Source: Eledone cirrhosa
Taxonomy: Eukaryota
NCBI GenBank assembly: GCA_964016885.1
Contig: OZ024766.1
Span: forward strand, 20,398,001 to 20,462,000
DNA: 64,000 nucleotides
Direction of reading: 5' to 3'
This document shows, piece after piece, positions 24,362-37,570 of this stretch. Every line of letters begins with the position of its first letter. Positions within the stretch are counted from its first letter, which is position 1. The translations under genes were made by a program, and so were the position numbers. The notes below the pieces were generated by a model. That model saw nothing but the letters and a program-made list of their open reading frames with translations. It ran no database searches and was not told where the DNA came from.

Positions 24362-25830
24362 ATTGAGAGATCACAGCCCTGATACTATGGACATGTGGTT
24401 AGAATGTCTCGGGGAAAGAATCACTGGAGAGTCACTCCAGGTAGAGCTGCTATTTCTCTGAATTGAGAGATCACAGCTCTGATACTATGGACATGTGGTT
24501 AGAATGTCTCAGGTAAGAATCACTAGAGAGTCACTCCAGGTAGAGCTGCTACTTCTCTGGATTGAGAGATCACAGCTCTGATACTATAGACATGTGGTTA
24601 GAATGTCTGAAGGAAAGAATCACTGGAGAGTCACTCCAGGTAGAGCTGCTACTTCTCTGAATTGAGAGATCACAGCTCTGATACTATGGACATGTGGTAA
24701 GAATCACTGGAGAGTCACTCCAGGTAGAGCTTCTACTTCTCTGAATTGAGAGATCACAGCTCTGATACTATGGACATGTGGTTAGAATGTCTCAGGTAAG
24801 AATCACTGGAGAGTCACTCCAGGTAGAGCTGTTACTTCTCTGAATTGAGAGATCACAGCTCTGATATTATGGACATGTGGTTAGAATGTCTCAGGAAAGA
24901 ATCACTAGAGGGTCACTCCAGGTAGAGCTGCTACTTCTCTGAATTGAGAGATCACAGCTCTGATACTATGGACAAGTGGTTAGAATGTCTCAGGTAAGAA
25001 TCACTGGAGAGTCACTCCAGGTAGAGCTGTTACTTCTCTGAATTGAGAGATCACAGCTCTGATACTATGGACATGTGGTTAGAATGTCTCAGGTAAGAAT
25101 CACTGGAGAGTCACTCCAGGTAGAGCTGTTACTTCTCTGAATTGAGAGATCACAGCTCTGATATTATGGACATGTGGTTAGAATGTCTCAGGTAAGAATC
25201 ACTGGAGAGTCACTCCAGGTAGAGTTGCTACTTCTCTGAATTGAGAGATCACAGCTCTGATACTATGGACATATGGTTAGAATGTCTCAGGTAAGAGTCA
25301 CTCCAGGTAGAGCTGATACTTCTCTGAATTGAGAGACCACAGCTCTGATACTATGGACATGTGGTTAAAATGTCTCAGGAAAGAATCACTGGAGAGTCAC
25401 TCCAGGTAGAGTTGCTACTTCTCTGAATTGAGAGACCGCAGCTCTGATACTGTGGACATGTGGTTAGAATGTCTCAGGTAAGAATCACTGGAGAGTCACT
25501 CCAGGTAGAGCTGCTACTTCTCTGAATTGAGAGACCACAGCTCTGATACTATGGACATGTGGTTAGAATGTCTCAGGAAAGAATCACTGGAGAGTCACTC
25601 CAGGTAGAGCTGCTACTTCTCTGAATTGAGAGATTACAGCTCTGATACTATGGACATGTGGTTAGAATGTCTCAAGAAATAATTGCTTGATAGATCTTAT
25701 GGGCAAAACCAAACCAGCAGGAAGCCCAGGGGTAGATCCCCATGAGAAATAAATGGACAAAAAAGATTTGCTGGACAGATTTTATGGGCAAAACCAACAG
25801 GTCCTGCTGGAAGGAGTATTTTGAAGACCT
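24362..25830 (+). mobile_element. Expander/Rex3-like (RTE) LINE fragment amplified into a ~97-bp tandem array (~13 copies)
   Basis: The unit translates ESLQVELLLL*IERSQL*YYGHVVRMSQER and is followed by KPRGR-like sequence. Confidence 0.8.
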
Positions 25831-26956
25831 TTTAACCCCCATGATCGTGAAGAATGAGAAAAAAAATGATGAAAATATAGAATGTATTTTAAAGATATTT
25901 GTAAATTTAAACAGTAGAAAACGTCTTATATAGGGGAAAGATAAAATAATGAAGAGTCAATTTTAGAAAAAATTTAGAGATGAATTTTGAAAAAAATAAT
26001 ACTAAATTTTTTCAACATACTTATTAATTAATTTAAACCATACAAAACAACTAATATTCGGTAGAAATGAAATGATTTAACTTTAATTTATAAAAAAAAT
26101 ATTCAAAGTTGAATTTTGAAAAAAAAAAACAACTGAATTTTTCTCAAGATATTTATTAATTATTTTAAACCATAGAAAAAGATTAATATTGAGGACAAAT
26201 GAAAGAATTTAACTTTAATTTATAAAAAAATTCACAGATGAATTTTGAAATAAAAAATACTAAATTTTTCTCAACATATATATTACGTTAGACTATACAA
26301 AACTCTTAATATTGGGTAAAAAGGAAATAATTTGAGATTAATTTATAAAAATACTAAATTTTTCTTAACATATTTAAACGAAAGAAAACGGGGAAAACGA
26401 GTGAATAAGATACTAATTTTTTCTCGACATATTTATTAATATCAATCGTAGAAAACGACTTTAAGGAGTCAATTTAGAAAAAATTTAGAGATGAATTTCG
26501 AAAAATAAAAAAAATGAATTTTTCTCAAGATATTTATTAATTACTTTAAACCCTACAAAAAGATTAATATAGAAGATAAATGAAATAATTTAACCTTAAT
26601 TTATAAAATATTTCACAGATGAGTTTTTAAAGGAAAAAATACTAAATTTTTCTCAACATATTTAAACGAAAGAAAACGGGGAAAACGAGTGAATAAAATA
26701 CAAATTTTTTCTTAACATATTTATTAATATAAATCGTAGTACATGACTTATATAGGGGAAAGATGAAATAATTAGGGGTCAATTTCAGAAAAAATATAGA
26801 GATGAATTTTGAAAAATAAAAAAAATTAATTTTTCTTAACATATTTATTAATTAATTCAAACTATACAGAACGACTTATATTAAGGATAAATAAAATAAT
26901 TTGTGTTTAACTAATAAAAATATTCAAAGATGAATTTTAAAGGAAAAATTTAGTGA

Positions 26957-27480
26957 AACAATCTTTCCTTCCCAGCATTCTTTTACGTGAGACGCGCGCG
27001 GTTTTAGAGATTCTCCGGAACTCTGATCCAGAGAAGACGAAGTCACGGTGGTGGGTTATACAGTTTATCCTAATATGTAAGTATGAAAATCAATCAATCA
27101 TCTCTTATTTTTTACCGTATTCGATCTATTATACATCGTAGATCGATTCCGAGTAATTTTCATCGATCAACCACTTTGATTTTTATGATTATTTATGGCC
27201 AGATGCTGGTTTTCGATGTTGCCGCCGCGATTGCTTTTAAGCTGCTGGTATGGCGCGGGTTTTTTCTTTTTTTTCACTAACGATCATCCCACTCGGAAAG
27301 ATCGATCAATCATCTGCCATTTTAATTAAATAATTATTCATCTTTTTCCTACATGTATTCCTTCATCTTCTCTCCTACCGGATGATTGTCTTTAGTGTGG
27401 TTTTATGGACGATTTAGCCGGATTACATTATGGAGGATTAATGGATGGATGGTGTACAAGGTATAATGGCGGTCGGTGAC
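26957..27480 (+). promoter_or_regulatory. Second copy of the 11190-11410 promoter-like block, with a candidate first exon (donor at 27247/27248)
   Basis: A ~230-bp paralogous block preceded by a similar AT-rich repeat region. It has CTG|GTATGG, plus YY1-like GCCATTTT and AATGGCGG downstream. Confidence 0.45.
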
Positions 27481-27704
27481 AAATGCCAGTGACACCTTGT
27501 CTTTCTTTAAACATAATAACCGCCTTTCCTTCATTATTTCTGCCATTAATATAATTATTCTTATTCCGTATATATTTTATCATCTTATCTATTTATATAT
27601 GTATATAAATATATTTATCTAATGCCGTCATTTGTAGAAATATATTTATAGAAAAATGTCCATCTCGACATTTAAAAAAAAAAAAAAAATCTCCTTTTTC
27701 GTCC

Positions 27705-28300
27705 ATGTATATATATATATATACGTATATATATATATATATAGTTGTATAGATGTGTATATATATATGTGTATATATGTATATATATATATATATATAG
27801 TTGTATAGATATATATATATATATACATATGTATCTCTCTCTATATATACGTGTATATATATGCGTGTATATTATATATATATAGGTATATATGTATATA
27901 TGTATATATATGTATATATGTATATATATGTATATATATATATATGCGTGTATATATATATATATGTGTATATATATATGTGTATATATATGCGTGTATA
28001 TATATATGTGTATATATATATGTGTATATATATATATATATATACGTGTATATATATATATATATATACGTATATATATATATATATACGTGTATATATA
28101 TATATATACGTGTATATATATATATATACGTGTATATATATATATATATACGTGTATATATATATATATATATATATATACGTGTATATATATATATATA
28201 TATACGTGTATATATATATATATATATACGTGTATATATATATATATACGTGTATATATATATATATACGTGTATATATATATACACACGTATATATATG
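27705..28300. repeat. (TA)n microsatellite punctuated by ACGTG/CGTG
   Basis: Directly visible. Confidence 0.9.
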
Positions 28301-28337
28301 AAAAATTGTGATCAATATTAGAAGAATCCAGTAGAGC

Positions 28338-31300
28338 AGTCGGTTATTGTTATCGATCTCTTCCAGATTCTATCTCCTATTCCTCTAACACCATCAAGCC
28401 GGTTATTGTTATCAGCCTGTGTCTTCCAATACAGGATGTATTTAACACCATTAAGCCGGTTATTGTTATCAACCTGTGTCTTGGAATGTAGGATGTATTT
28501 GACACCATCAAGCCGGTTATTGTTATCGGCCTGTGTCTTCCAGTGCAGGATGTATTTCACACCATTAAGCCGGTTATTGTTATCAACCTGTGTCTTCCAG
28601 TGCAGGATGTATTTAACACCCTTAAGCCGGTTATTGTGATCAGCCTGTGTCTCCCAATGTAGGATGTATTCCTGTATTTGACACCATCAAGCCGGTTATT
28701 GTTATCAGCCTGTGTCTCCCAATGTAGGATGTATTCCTGTATTTGACACCAAGCCGGTTATTGTTATCAGTCTGTGTCCCAATGTAGGATGTATTCCTGT
28801 ATTTGACACCCTCAAGCCGGTTATTGTTATCAGCCTGTGTCTCCCAACGTAGGATGTATTCCTGTATTTGACACCATCAAGCCGGCTATTGTTATCAGCC
28901 TGTGTCTCCCAACGTAGGATGTATTCCTGTATTTGACACCCTCAAGCCGGTTATTGTTATCAGCCTGTGTCCCAATGTAGGATGTATTCCTCCTGTATTT
29001 GACACCATCAAGCCGGTTATTGTTATCAGCCTGTGTCTCCCAACGTAGGATGTATTCCTGTATTTGACACCTTCAAGCCGGTTATTGTTATCAGCCTGTG
29101 TCTCCCAATGTAGGATGTATTTCCTGTATTTAACACCCTCAAGCCGGTTATTGTTATCAGGAAGATATATATATTCCTATATCAGTCGGTTATCAGTGTA
29201 TTTCTCGTTTAACACCATCAGCCGGTTATTGTTATCAACCCGTTTCTTCCAATATAGAATGTATTGTAATTATTCAACACCATTAAGCCGGTTATTGTTA
29301 TCAGCCTGTGTCTTCTAATGTAGGATGTATTCCTACTATCAAGCCGGTTATTGTTATCAGCCTGTCTTCCCTAATATACAGCTGAGTATATTTCTAAGAC
29401 CAGTCGGTTATTGTTATCAACCTGTATGTATGCCGGTTATTACCAGTATATTTCTTGTTTAACACCAGCCGGATATTGTTATCGGCGTTATACTAACACA
29501 AGCCGGTTATTGTTATCGGTATAATATAGTTAATCGCTTATTTTCAGTGTTATTGATTGCTACCATGAGCCGGTTATTGTTATCAGTCTGATATATTCCT
29601 ATATTAACACCAGCCGGTTAATGTTATCAACCCGAGTATTTTACACTAGCCGGTTATTATGATCAATATATGTTAATGTTTCCTTCAGCCGGTTATTGTT
29701 ATCACTATATAGTCTAACATCAACAATCGGTTATTGTTATCACTATATATTGTCTAATACCAACAATCGGTTATTGTTATCACTATATATTGTCTAATAC
29801 CAACAATCGGTTATTGTTATCACTATATATTGTCTAACATCAACAATCGGTTATTGTTATCACTATATATTGTCTAATACCAACAATCGGTTATTGTTAT
29901 CACTATATATTGTCTAATACCAACAATCGGTTATTGTTATCACTATATATTGTCTAACACCAACAATCGGTTATTGTTATCACTATATATTGTCTAACAT
30001 CAACAATCGGTTATTGTTATCACTATATATTGTCTAATACCAACAATCGGTTATTGTTATCACTATATATTGTCTAATACCAACAATCTGTTATTGTTAT
30101 CACTATATATTGTCTAATACCAACAATCGGTTATTGTTATCACTATATATTTTCTAACATCAACAATCGGTTATTGTTATCACTATATATTGTCTAATAC
30201 CAACAATCGGTTATTGTTATCACTATATATTGTCTAACATCAACAATCGGTTATTGTTATCACTATATATTGTCTAACACCAACAATCGGTTATTGTTAT
30301 CACTATATATTGTCTAACACCAACAATCGGTTATTGTTATCACTATATATTGTCTAACACCAACAATCGGTTATTGTTATCACTATATATTGTCTAATAC
30401 CAACAATCGGTTATTGTTATCACTATATATTGTCTAATACCAACAATCGGTTATTGTTATCACTATATATTGTCTAATACCAACAATCGGTTATTGTTAT
30501 CACTATATTGTCTAACATCAACAATCGGTTATTGTTATCACTATATATTGTCTAATACCAACAATCTGTTATTGTTATCACTATATATTGTCTAATACCA
30601 ACAATCGGTTATTGTTATCACTATATATTGTCTAACACCAACAATCGGTTATTGTTATCACTATATATTGTCTAACATCAACAATCTGTTATTGTTATCA
30701 CTATATATTGTCTAACACCAACAATCGGTTATTGTTATCACTATATATTGTCTAACATCAACAATCGGTTATTGTTATCACTATATATTGTCTAATACCA
30801 ACAATCGGTTATTGTTATCACTATATATTGTCTAACACCAACAATCGGTTATTGTTATCACTATATATTGTCTAATACCAACAATCGGTTATTGTTATCA
30901 CTATATATTGTCTAAAACCAACAATCGGTTATTGTTATCACTATATATTGTCTAATACCAACAATCGGTTATTGTTATCACTATATATTGTCTAACATCA
31001 ACAATCGGTTATTGTTATCACTATATATTGTCTAATACCAACAATCGGTTATTGTTATCACTATATATTGTCTAATACCAACAATCGGTTATTGTTATCA
31101 CTATATATTGTCTAATACCAACAATCGGTTATTGTTATCACTATATATTGTCTAATACCAACAATCGGTTATTGTTATCACTATATATTGTCTAACATCA
31201 ACAATCGGTTATTGTTATCACTATATATTGTCTAATACCAACAATCGGTTATTGTTATCACTATATATTGTCTAATACCAACAATCGGTTATTGTTATCA

Positions 31301-31690
31301 CTATATATTGTCTAATACCAACAATCGGTTATTGTTATCACTATATATTGTCTAATACCAACAATCGGTTATTGTTATCACTATATATTGTCTAACACCA
31401 ACAATCGGTTATTGTTATCACTATATATTGTCGTAACAGCCTGTTATGTTAATGTTCCTCTATTTAACGCGATCAGTCGGTTAATGTTATCAATGTCAAC
31501 TGTTCCGAACTCACTATGATGTACCTCCGTAATTAATACCACTAGCCGGTTATTGTTATCAATTTGAATCATTCTAAACTTAATCTATTTAACACCAGTC
31601 GGTTATTGTTATCAGTGATATATATATTCCTGTTATCAAACAACCGATGCTGGTCCAATAGCATCAGTCGGTTATTGTTATCAACCTGAG
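28338..31690. repeat. Array of the conserved core GYCGGTTATTGTTATC with variable spacers; includes ~60-bp and 40-bp (29720-31432, ~43 copies) homogeneous sub-arrays
   Basis: The core recurs throughout while spacers diverge at 29160-29700 and 31440-31690. Confidence 0.9.
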
Positions 31691-31917
31691 GATGTTCCGT
31701 TCTCTGTTTAATTGAGGCTAAGTGATCACAATATGCGGATTGTGGCTACTTTTGCTATTTATATACACTCGCATGTATGTATAACGGCAGATGTATTTGT
31801 ACAGTATGTAATGAAAACCATCTCTATATATATATGTGTGTATATATATATATGTGTGTGTATATATATAGGTAAAGAGGTATGTATATGGTGTGTGTGT
31901 GTATATATATATACGTA

Positions 31918-31950
<33 letters not shown>

Positions 31951-31957
31951 CGTAATG

Positions 31958-31997
<40 letters not shown>

Positions 31998-32419
31998 GTA
32001 AAGATGTATGTATATGATGTGTGTATATGTATATATATATATATACGTAAAGATGTATGTATATATGTGTGTGTGTGTGTATATATATATATACGTAAAG
32101 ATGTATGTATATGATGTGTGTATATATATATACGTAAAGATGTATGTATATGATGTGTGTATATATATATATATATACACATAAAGGTGTATATATGTGT
32201 GTGTGTATATGCATAAAGATGTCTATATATATATATATGTGTGTATACATACACATAAAGATGTCTATATTTATATATATGTGTTTGTGTGTATATATAT
32301 ACATACGTAAAGAAGTCTATATATATATATATATATAGATATATATAGATTTATCTACATATATATATATATATATATATAAATATATATATATATATGT
32401 ATGTATGTATATAGTATTA

Positions 32420-33185
32420 CACTGGTACACTGGTGTTGCTATAGAGAGTACCTAGTCCACCCTGTAAGGTAGCTAGCTACACTGGTGTTATAGAGAGTAC
32501 CTAGTCCACCCTGTAAGGTAGCTACACTGGTGTTATAGAGAGTACCTAGTCCACCCTGTAAGGTAGCTACACTGGTGCTGCTATAGAGAGTACCTAGTCC
32601 ACCCTGTAAGGTAGCTACACTGGTGTTGCTATAGAGAGTACCTAGTCCACCCTGTAAGGTAGCTACACTGGTGTTGCTATAGAGAGTACCTAGTCCACCC
32701 TGTAAGGTAGCTAGCTACACTGGTGTTGCTATAGAGAGTACCTAGTCCACCCTGTAAGGTAGCTAGCTACACTGGTGTTATAGAGAGTACCTAGTCCACC
32801 CTGTAAGGTAGCTACACTGGTGTTATAGAGAGTACCTAGTCCACCCTGTAAGGTAGCTACACTGGTGTTATAGAGAGTACCTAGTCCACCCTGTAAGGTA
32901 GCTACACTGGTGCTGTTATAGAGAGTACCTAGTCCACCCTGTAAGGTAGCTACACTGGTGTTGCTATAAAGCGCAACTAGCCCACCCTGTGCAGCTGTAA
33001 AGAGCACCCAGTCCACCCTGTAAGCTGACCACTGGTGTTGCTATAAAGAGTACCAAGCCCACCCTGTAAGGTAGCCACACTGGTGTTGCTATAAAGCGCA
33101 ACTCGCCCACCCTGTGCAGCTGTAAAGAGCACCCAGTCCACCCTGTAAGGTAGCTACACTGGTGTTGCTATAGAGAGCACCCTCT
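32420..33185. repeat. 45-52 bp minisatellite (GAGTACCTAGTCCACCCTGTAAGGTAGCTACACTGGTGTTGCTATAGA)
   Basis: Periodicity is directly visible. Homologous to the 48/49-bp SINE-derived unit. Confidence 0.88.
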
Positions 33186-33739
33186 ATATACCTTAAAGAG
33201 GTTGATGGTAAGAATATCCAGTTGCAGCAGAAAGCCAAGACACAGTCACCTAGCTGACCCTATGGGGCCTGTCTAACCCTTGCAAGTATTGAAGAGGGGT
33301 GTTAAACTGAAGATGATGGACAGTGTTTGAGGGTTATCTATAGGAGTTGAAGGAATTTCTGATGGGGCACAGGTTGCAGGCCCATCGTGAGTTTTTACAG
33401 CATGAAATGGACATTGGAACCCACGCGAAGGACGATGTGGTACGGTTCTTTTTCTTACTTTTGCACCATATTGCAGTTTTGGGGGTCTTATTGAAACCCG
33501 TGCTTGGTTTGGGCCAGGCTGGTAACTAAAGGGTTGATGTGATTCACAAGCTGGATCAGGGTATCAAGCTAACTTCTTCCACGGGGCTTGCTTTAAACCA
33601 GGGACCCCCTCTGATGGCCACTGTTCATGGTTTGACATGGCCTGAAGGGTACAACTCTTGTGGTGGATAAGATGTTGTGGGCACCCAATTAGGATATTGT
33701 GCCCTTGAGCAAGACACTATTCCACTCCGCTCCAGTCTT

Positions 33740-34895
33740 CTTCTTCGAGGGCCCGCCCATGGGGCCAGAGTCCTCAAACACTCCTTCCAGCCGGTCATGT
33801 CAAAAGCACTTGACTCGAACTGATTTGACTGGGTCCCCAAGCAAGACCAGCCAAGCTCATGGATGTTACCCTACCATCTTGCTCCAGGTCTACCTCTGGG
33901 TCTCCTGTAAAATCTTTCCCCCAGCAATATATGTTATCCAAGCGAAAGACAGAGACAGCTTGGCACCAGTGTCATCACTATATACCCTTCTTCTTTACCC
34001 ACTTAGTCCTGAGAAGGTCGCGGTGGGTGAAGAGCCCTCAAACACTCCTAGCAGTGGGTCCTGTCAGAAGCAACTGTCTCCAACTGATTTGACTGGGTCC
34101 CCAAGCAAGACCAGCCAATCTCATGGATGTTACCCTACCATCTTGCTCCAGGTCTACCTCTGGGTCTCCTGTAAAATCTGTCCCCCCAGCAATATATGTT
34201 GTTATCCAAGGGAAAGACAAGAGACAGCTTGGCACCAGTGTCATCCCTATATACCCTTCTTCTTTACCCACTTAGTCCTGAGAGGGTTGTGGGGGGTGAA
34301 GAGCCCTCAAACACTCCTAGCAGTGGGTCCTGTTAGAAGCAACTGTCTCCAACTGATCTGACTGGGTCCCCAAGTGTGACCAGCCAAGCTCATGGATGTT
34401 ACCCTACCATCTTGCTCCAGGTCTACCTCTGGGTCTCCTGTAAAATCTGTCCCCCCAGCAATATATGTTGTTATCCAAGGGAAAGACAGAGACAGCTTGG
34501 CACCAGTGTCATCCCTATATACCCTTCTTCTTTACCCACTTAGTCCTGAGAGGGTTGTGGGGGGGTGAAGAGCCCTGAAACACTCCTAGCAGTGGGTCCT
34601 GTTAGAAGCAACCCTCTCCAACTGATCCGGCTGGGTCCCCAAGTGTGACCAGCCAAGTTCATGGATGTTACCCTACCATCTTGGTCAGGGTCTACCTCTT
34701 TAATAGTGACAGCCCTTCTTAATTCTTCTGTTGCCCACATATTCCTGTGAGGGGTCTACGCCTGGGTCCCCTGCCTGTAAAATCTGTCCAGCAGTTCTTT
34801 CCTGAAAAAATCTAACCACGTGCCCATAGAATGTACCGAAGCTGTGCTCTCTCAATTCAGAGAAGTAAGGGCTCTACCTAGAGTGACTCTGATGT
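33740..34895 (-). mobile_element. Expander-like RTE LINE 3' end with a ~265-bp segment repeated 4 times
   Basis: The minus strand reads GRPGARW*GNIHELGWSCLG..VASDR. 34810-34890 matches the 24362 array unit. Confidence 0.7.
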
Positions 34896-35377
34896 GTATT
34901 ATTTACAAGGAAGGGCTCGTACAGCACTTCATAACGAGAAGGGGGGTAGGTATATAAGCCCAACTTGGTGTTCGTGCTGACCCTTGAATCTGGAGGTAAT
35001 GACTGAAAGAAGACAATCCCCAAATTACAAGTGATCGAAGTGGGGTTGGTTTCTTGATGAATGAAATAAGTTGGTTGCTATTATTAAGGGTATCTAACTT
35101 AGGGGTCTACACCAAAATAGGGCTTTGTTTTAATCTGACTTGACAACCTTTCGAAATCATGCCAGCGTGTTGATGATGATGTCCTGAGTAATTTATGTTA
35201 ATTTATGTATCAATTTGTTGATTAAAATGTGTAATTTATGCGGTACCATGCGGTGACGTGGGCTTTTTAAACCACCTATCGAGGGCCAGGCCCTTTCCAT
35301 GTCAGAGAAGCCGGTTTGTTCTGGGTGAGGGGCCGGGAGTGAGTGAGAAAGAAAGATATCTGGTGGAAAGTACTTTG

Positions 35378-37015
35378 GGACGGTGGTCCCTAGATTTTGT
35401 AGGGAGGACTGCTGTTATTATCTGGGGCGGTGGTCCCTAGATTTTGTAGGGAGGACTGCTGTTATCTGGGGCGGTGGTCCCTAGATTTTGTAGGGAGGAC
35501 TGCTGTTATCTTGGGCGGTGGACCCTAGATTTTGTAGGGAGGACTGCTGTTATCTTGGGCGGTGGACCCTAGATTTTGTAAGGAGGACTGCTGTTATCTA
35601 GGGCGGTGGTCCCTAGATTTTGTAGGGAGGACTGCTGTTATCTATGGCGGTGGTCCCTAGATTTTGTAGGGAGGACTGCTGTTATCTATGGCGGTGGTCC
35701 CTAGATTTTGTAGGGAGGATTGCTGTTATCTAGGACGGTGGTCCCTAGATTTTGTAGGGGGGATTGCTGTTATCTAGGACGGTGGTCCCTAGATTTTGTA
35801 GGGAGGTCTGCTGTTATCTGGGGCGGTGGTCCCTAGATTTTGTAAGGAGGACTGCTGTTATCTGGGGCGGTGGTTCCTAGATTTTGTAGGGAGGACTGCT
35901 GTTATTATCTACGGCAGTGGTCCCTAGATTTTATAGGGAGGTCTGCTGTTATCTGGGGCGGTGGTCCCTAGATTTTGTAGGGAGGACTGCTGTTATCTAC
36001 GGCGGTGGTCCCTAGATTTTATAGGGAGGTCTGCTGTTATCTGGGGCGGTGGTCCCTAGATTTTGTAGGGAGGACTGCTGTTATCTGGGGTGGTGGTCCC
36101 TAGATTTTGTAGGGAGGACTGCTGTTATTATCTACGGCGGTGGTCCCTAGATTTTATAGGGAGGTCTGCTGTTATCTGGGGCGGTGGTCCCTAGATTTTG
36201 TAGGGAGGACTGCTGTTATTATCTACGGCGGTGGTCCCTAGATTTTATAGGGAGGTCTGCTGTTATCTGGGGCGGTGGTCCCTAGATTTTGTAGGGAGGA
36301 CTGCTGTTATCTGGGGCGGTGGTCCCTAGATTTTGTAGGGAGGACTGCTGTTATCTAGGGTGGTGGTCCCTAGATTTTGTAGGGAGGACTGCTGTTATCT
36401 GGGGCGGTGGTCCCTAGATTTTGTAAGGAGGACTGCTGTTATCTGGGGCGGTGGTCCCTAGATTTTGTAAGGAGGACTGCTGTTATCTGGGGCGGTGGTC
36501 CCTAGATTTTATAGGGTGGTCTGCTGTTATCTACGGCGGTGGTCCCTAGATTTTGTAGGGAGGACTGCTGTTATCTATGGCGGTGGTCCCTAGATTTTGT
36601 AGGGAGGACTGCTGTTATCTGGGGCAGTGGTCCCTAGATTTTGTAAGGAGGACTGCTGTTATCTGGGGTGGTGGTCCCTAGATTTTGTAGGGAGGACTGC
36701 TGTTATTATCTACGGCGGTGGTCCCTAGATTTTGTAGGGAGGACTGCTGTTATCTGGGGCGGTGGTCCCTAGATTTTGTAAGGAGGACTGCTGTTATCTA
36801 GGGCGGTGGTCCCTAGATTTTGTAGGGAGGACTGCTGTTATCTATGGCGGTGGTCCCTAGATTTTGTAGGGAGGACTGCTGTTATCTGGGGCGGTGGTCC
36901 CTAGATTTTGTAGGGAGGACTGCTGTTATCTGGGGCGGTGGTCCCTAGATTTTGTAGGGAGGACTGCTGTTATCTGGGGCGGTGGTCCTTAAATTTTGTA
37001 GGGAGGACTGCTGTC
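35378..37015. repeat. 44-bp minisatellite (GGCGGTGGTCCCTAGATTTTGTAGGGAGGACTGCTGTTATCT..), ~36 copies
   Basis: Periodicity is directly visible. Confidence 0.93.
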
Positions 37016-37570
37016 ATATCTAGGATAGTGAACCCTAGACTTGGGTCGTTGCACCATAGACCCCTAGGGAGGACTGCTGTCATATCTAGGATAGTGAACC
37101 CTAGACTTGGGTCGTTGCACCATAGACCCCCAGGGAGGACTGCTGTCGTATCTAGGATAGTGGACCCTAGACTTGGGTCGTTGCACCATAGACCCCCAGG
37201 GAGGACTGCTGTCGTATCTAGGATAGTGGACCCTAGACTTGGGTCGTTGCACCATAGACCCCCAGGGAGGACTGCTGTCGTATCTAGGATAGTGGACCCT
37301 AGACTTGGGTCGTTGCACCATAGACCCCCAGGGAGGACTGCTGTCGTATCTAGGATAGTGGACCCTAGACTTGGGTCGTTGCACCATAGACCCCCAGGGA
37401 GGACTGCTGTCGTATCTAGGATAGTGGACCCTAGACTTGGGTCGTTGCACCATAGACCCCCAGGGAGGACTGCTGTCATATCTAGGATAGTGGACCCTAG
37501 ACTTGGGTCGTTGCACCATAGACCCCCAGGGAGGACTGCTCTCACATCTGGGACAGTGGTCCCTAGACCC
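37000..37570. repeat. 66-bp minisatellite related to the adjacent 44-bp unit, ~8 copies
   Basis: Shares AGGGAGGACTGCTGT..ATCTAGG..GTGG.CCCTAGA with the 44-bp unit. Confidence 0.9.

Noticed and set aside
29720-31432. Similarity of TTGTTATC to the lac operator (vector contamination)
   Set aside because: Only an 8-9 nt match inside a native, diverging repeat. No other vector sequence is present.
28338-31690. CRISPR array
   Set aside because: The context is eukaryotic with no cas genes. The core is only ~16 nt and most spacers are tandem copies of each other. Kept as a motif-array finding instead.
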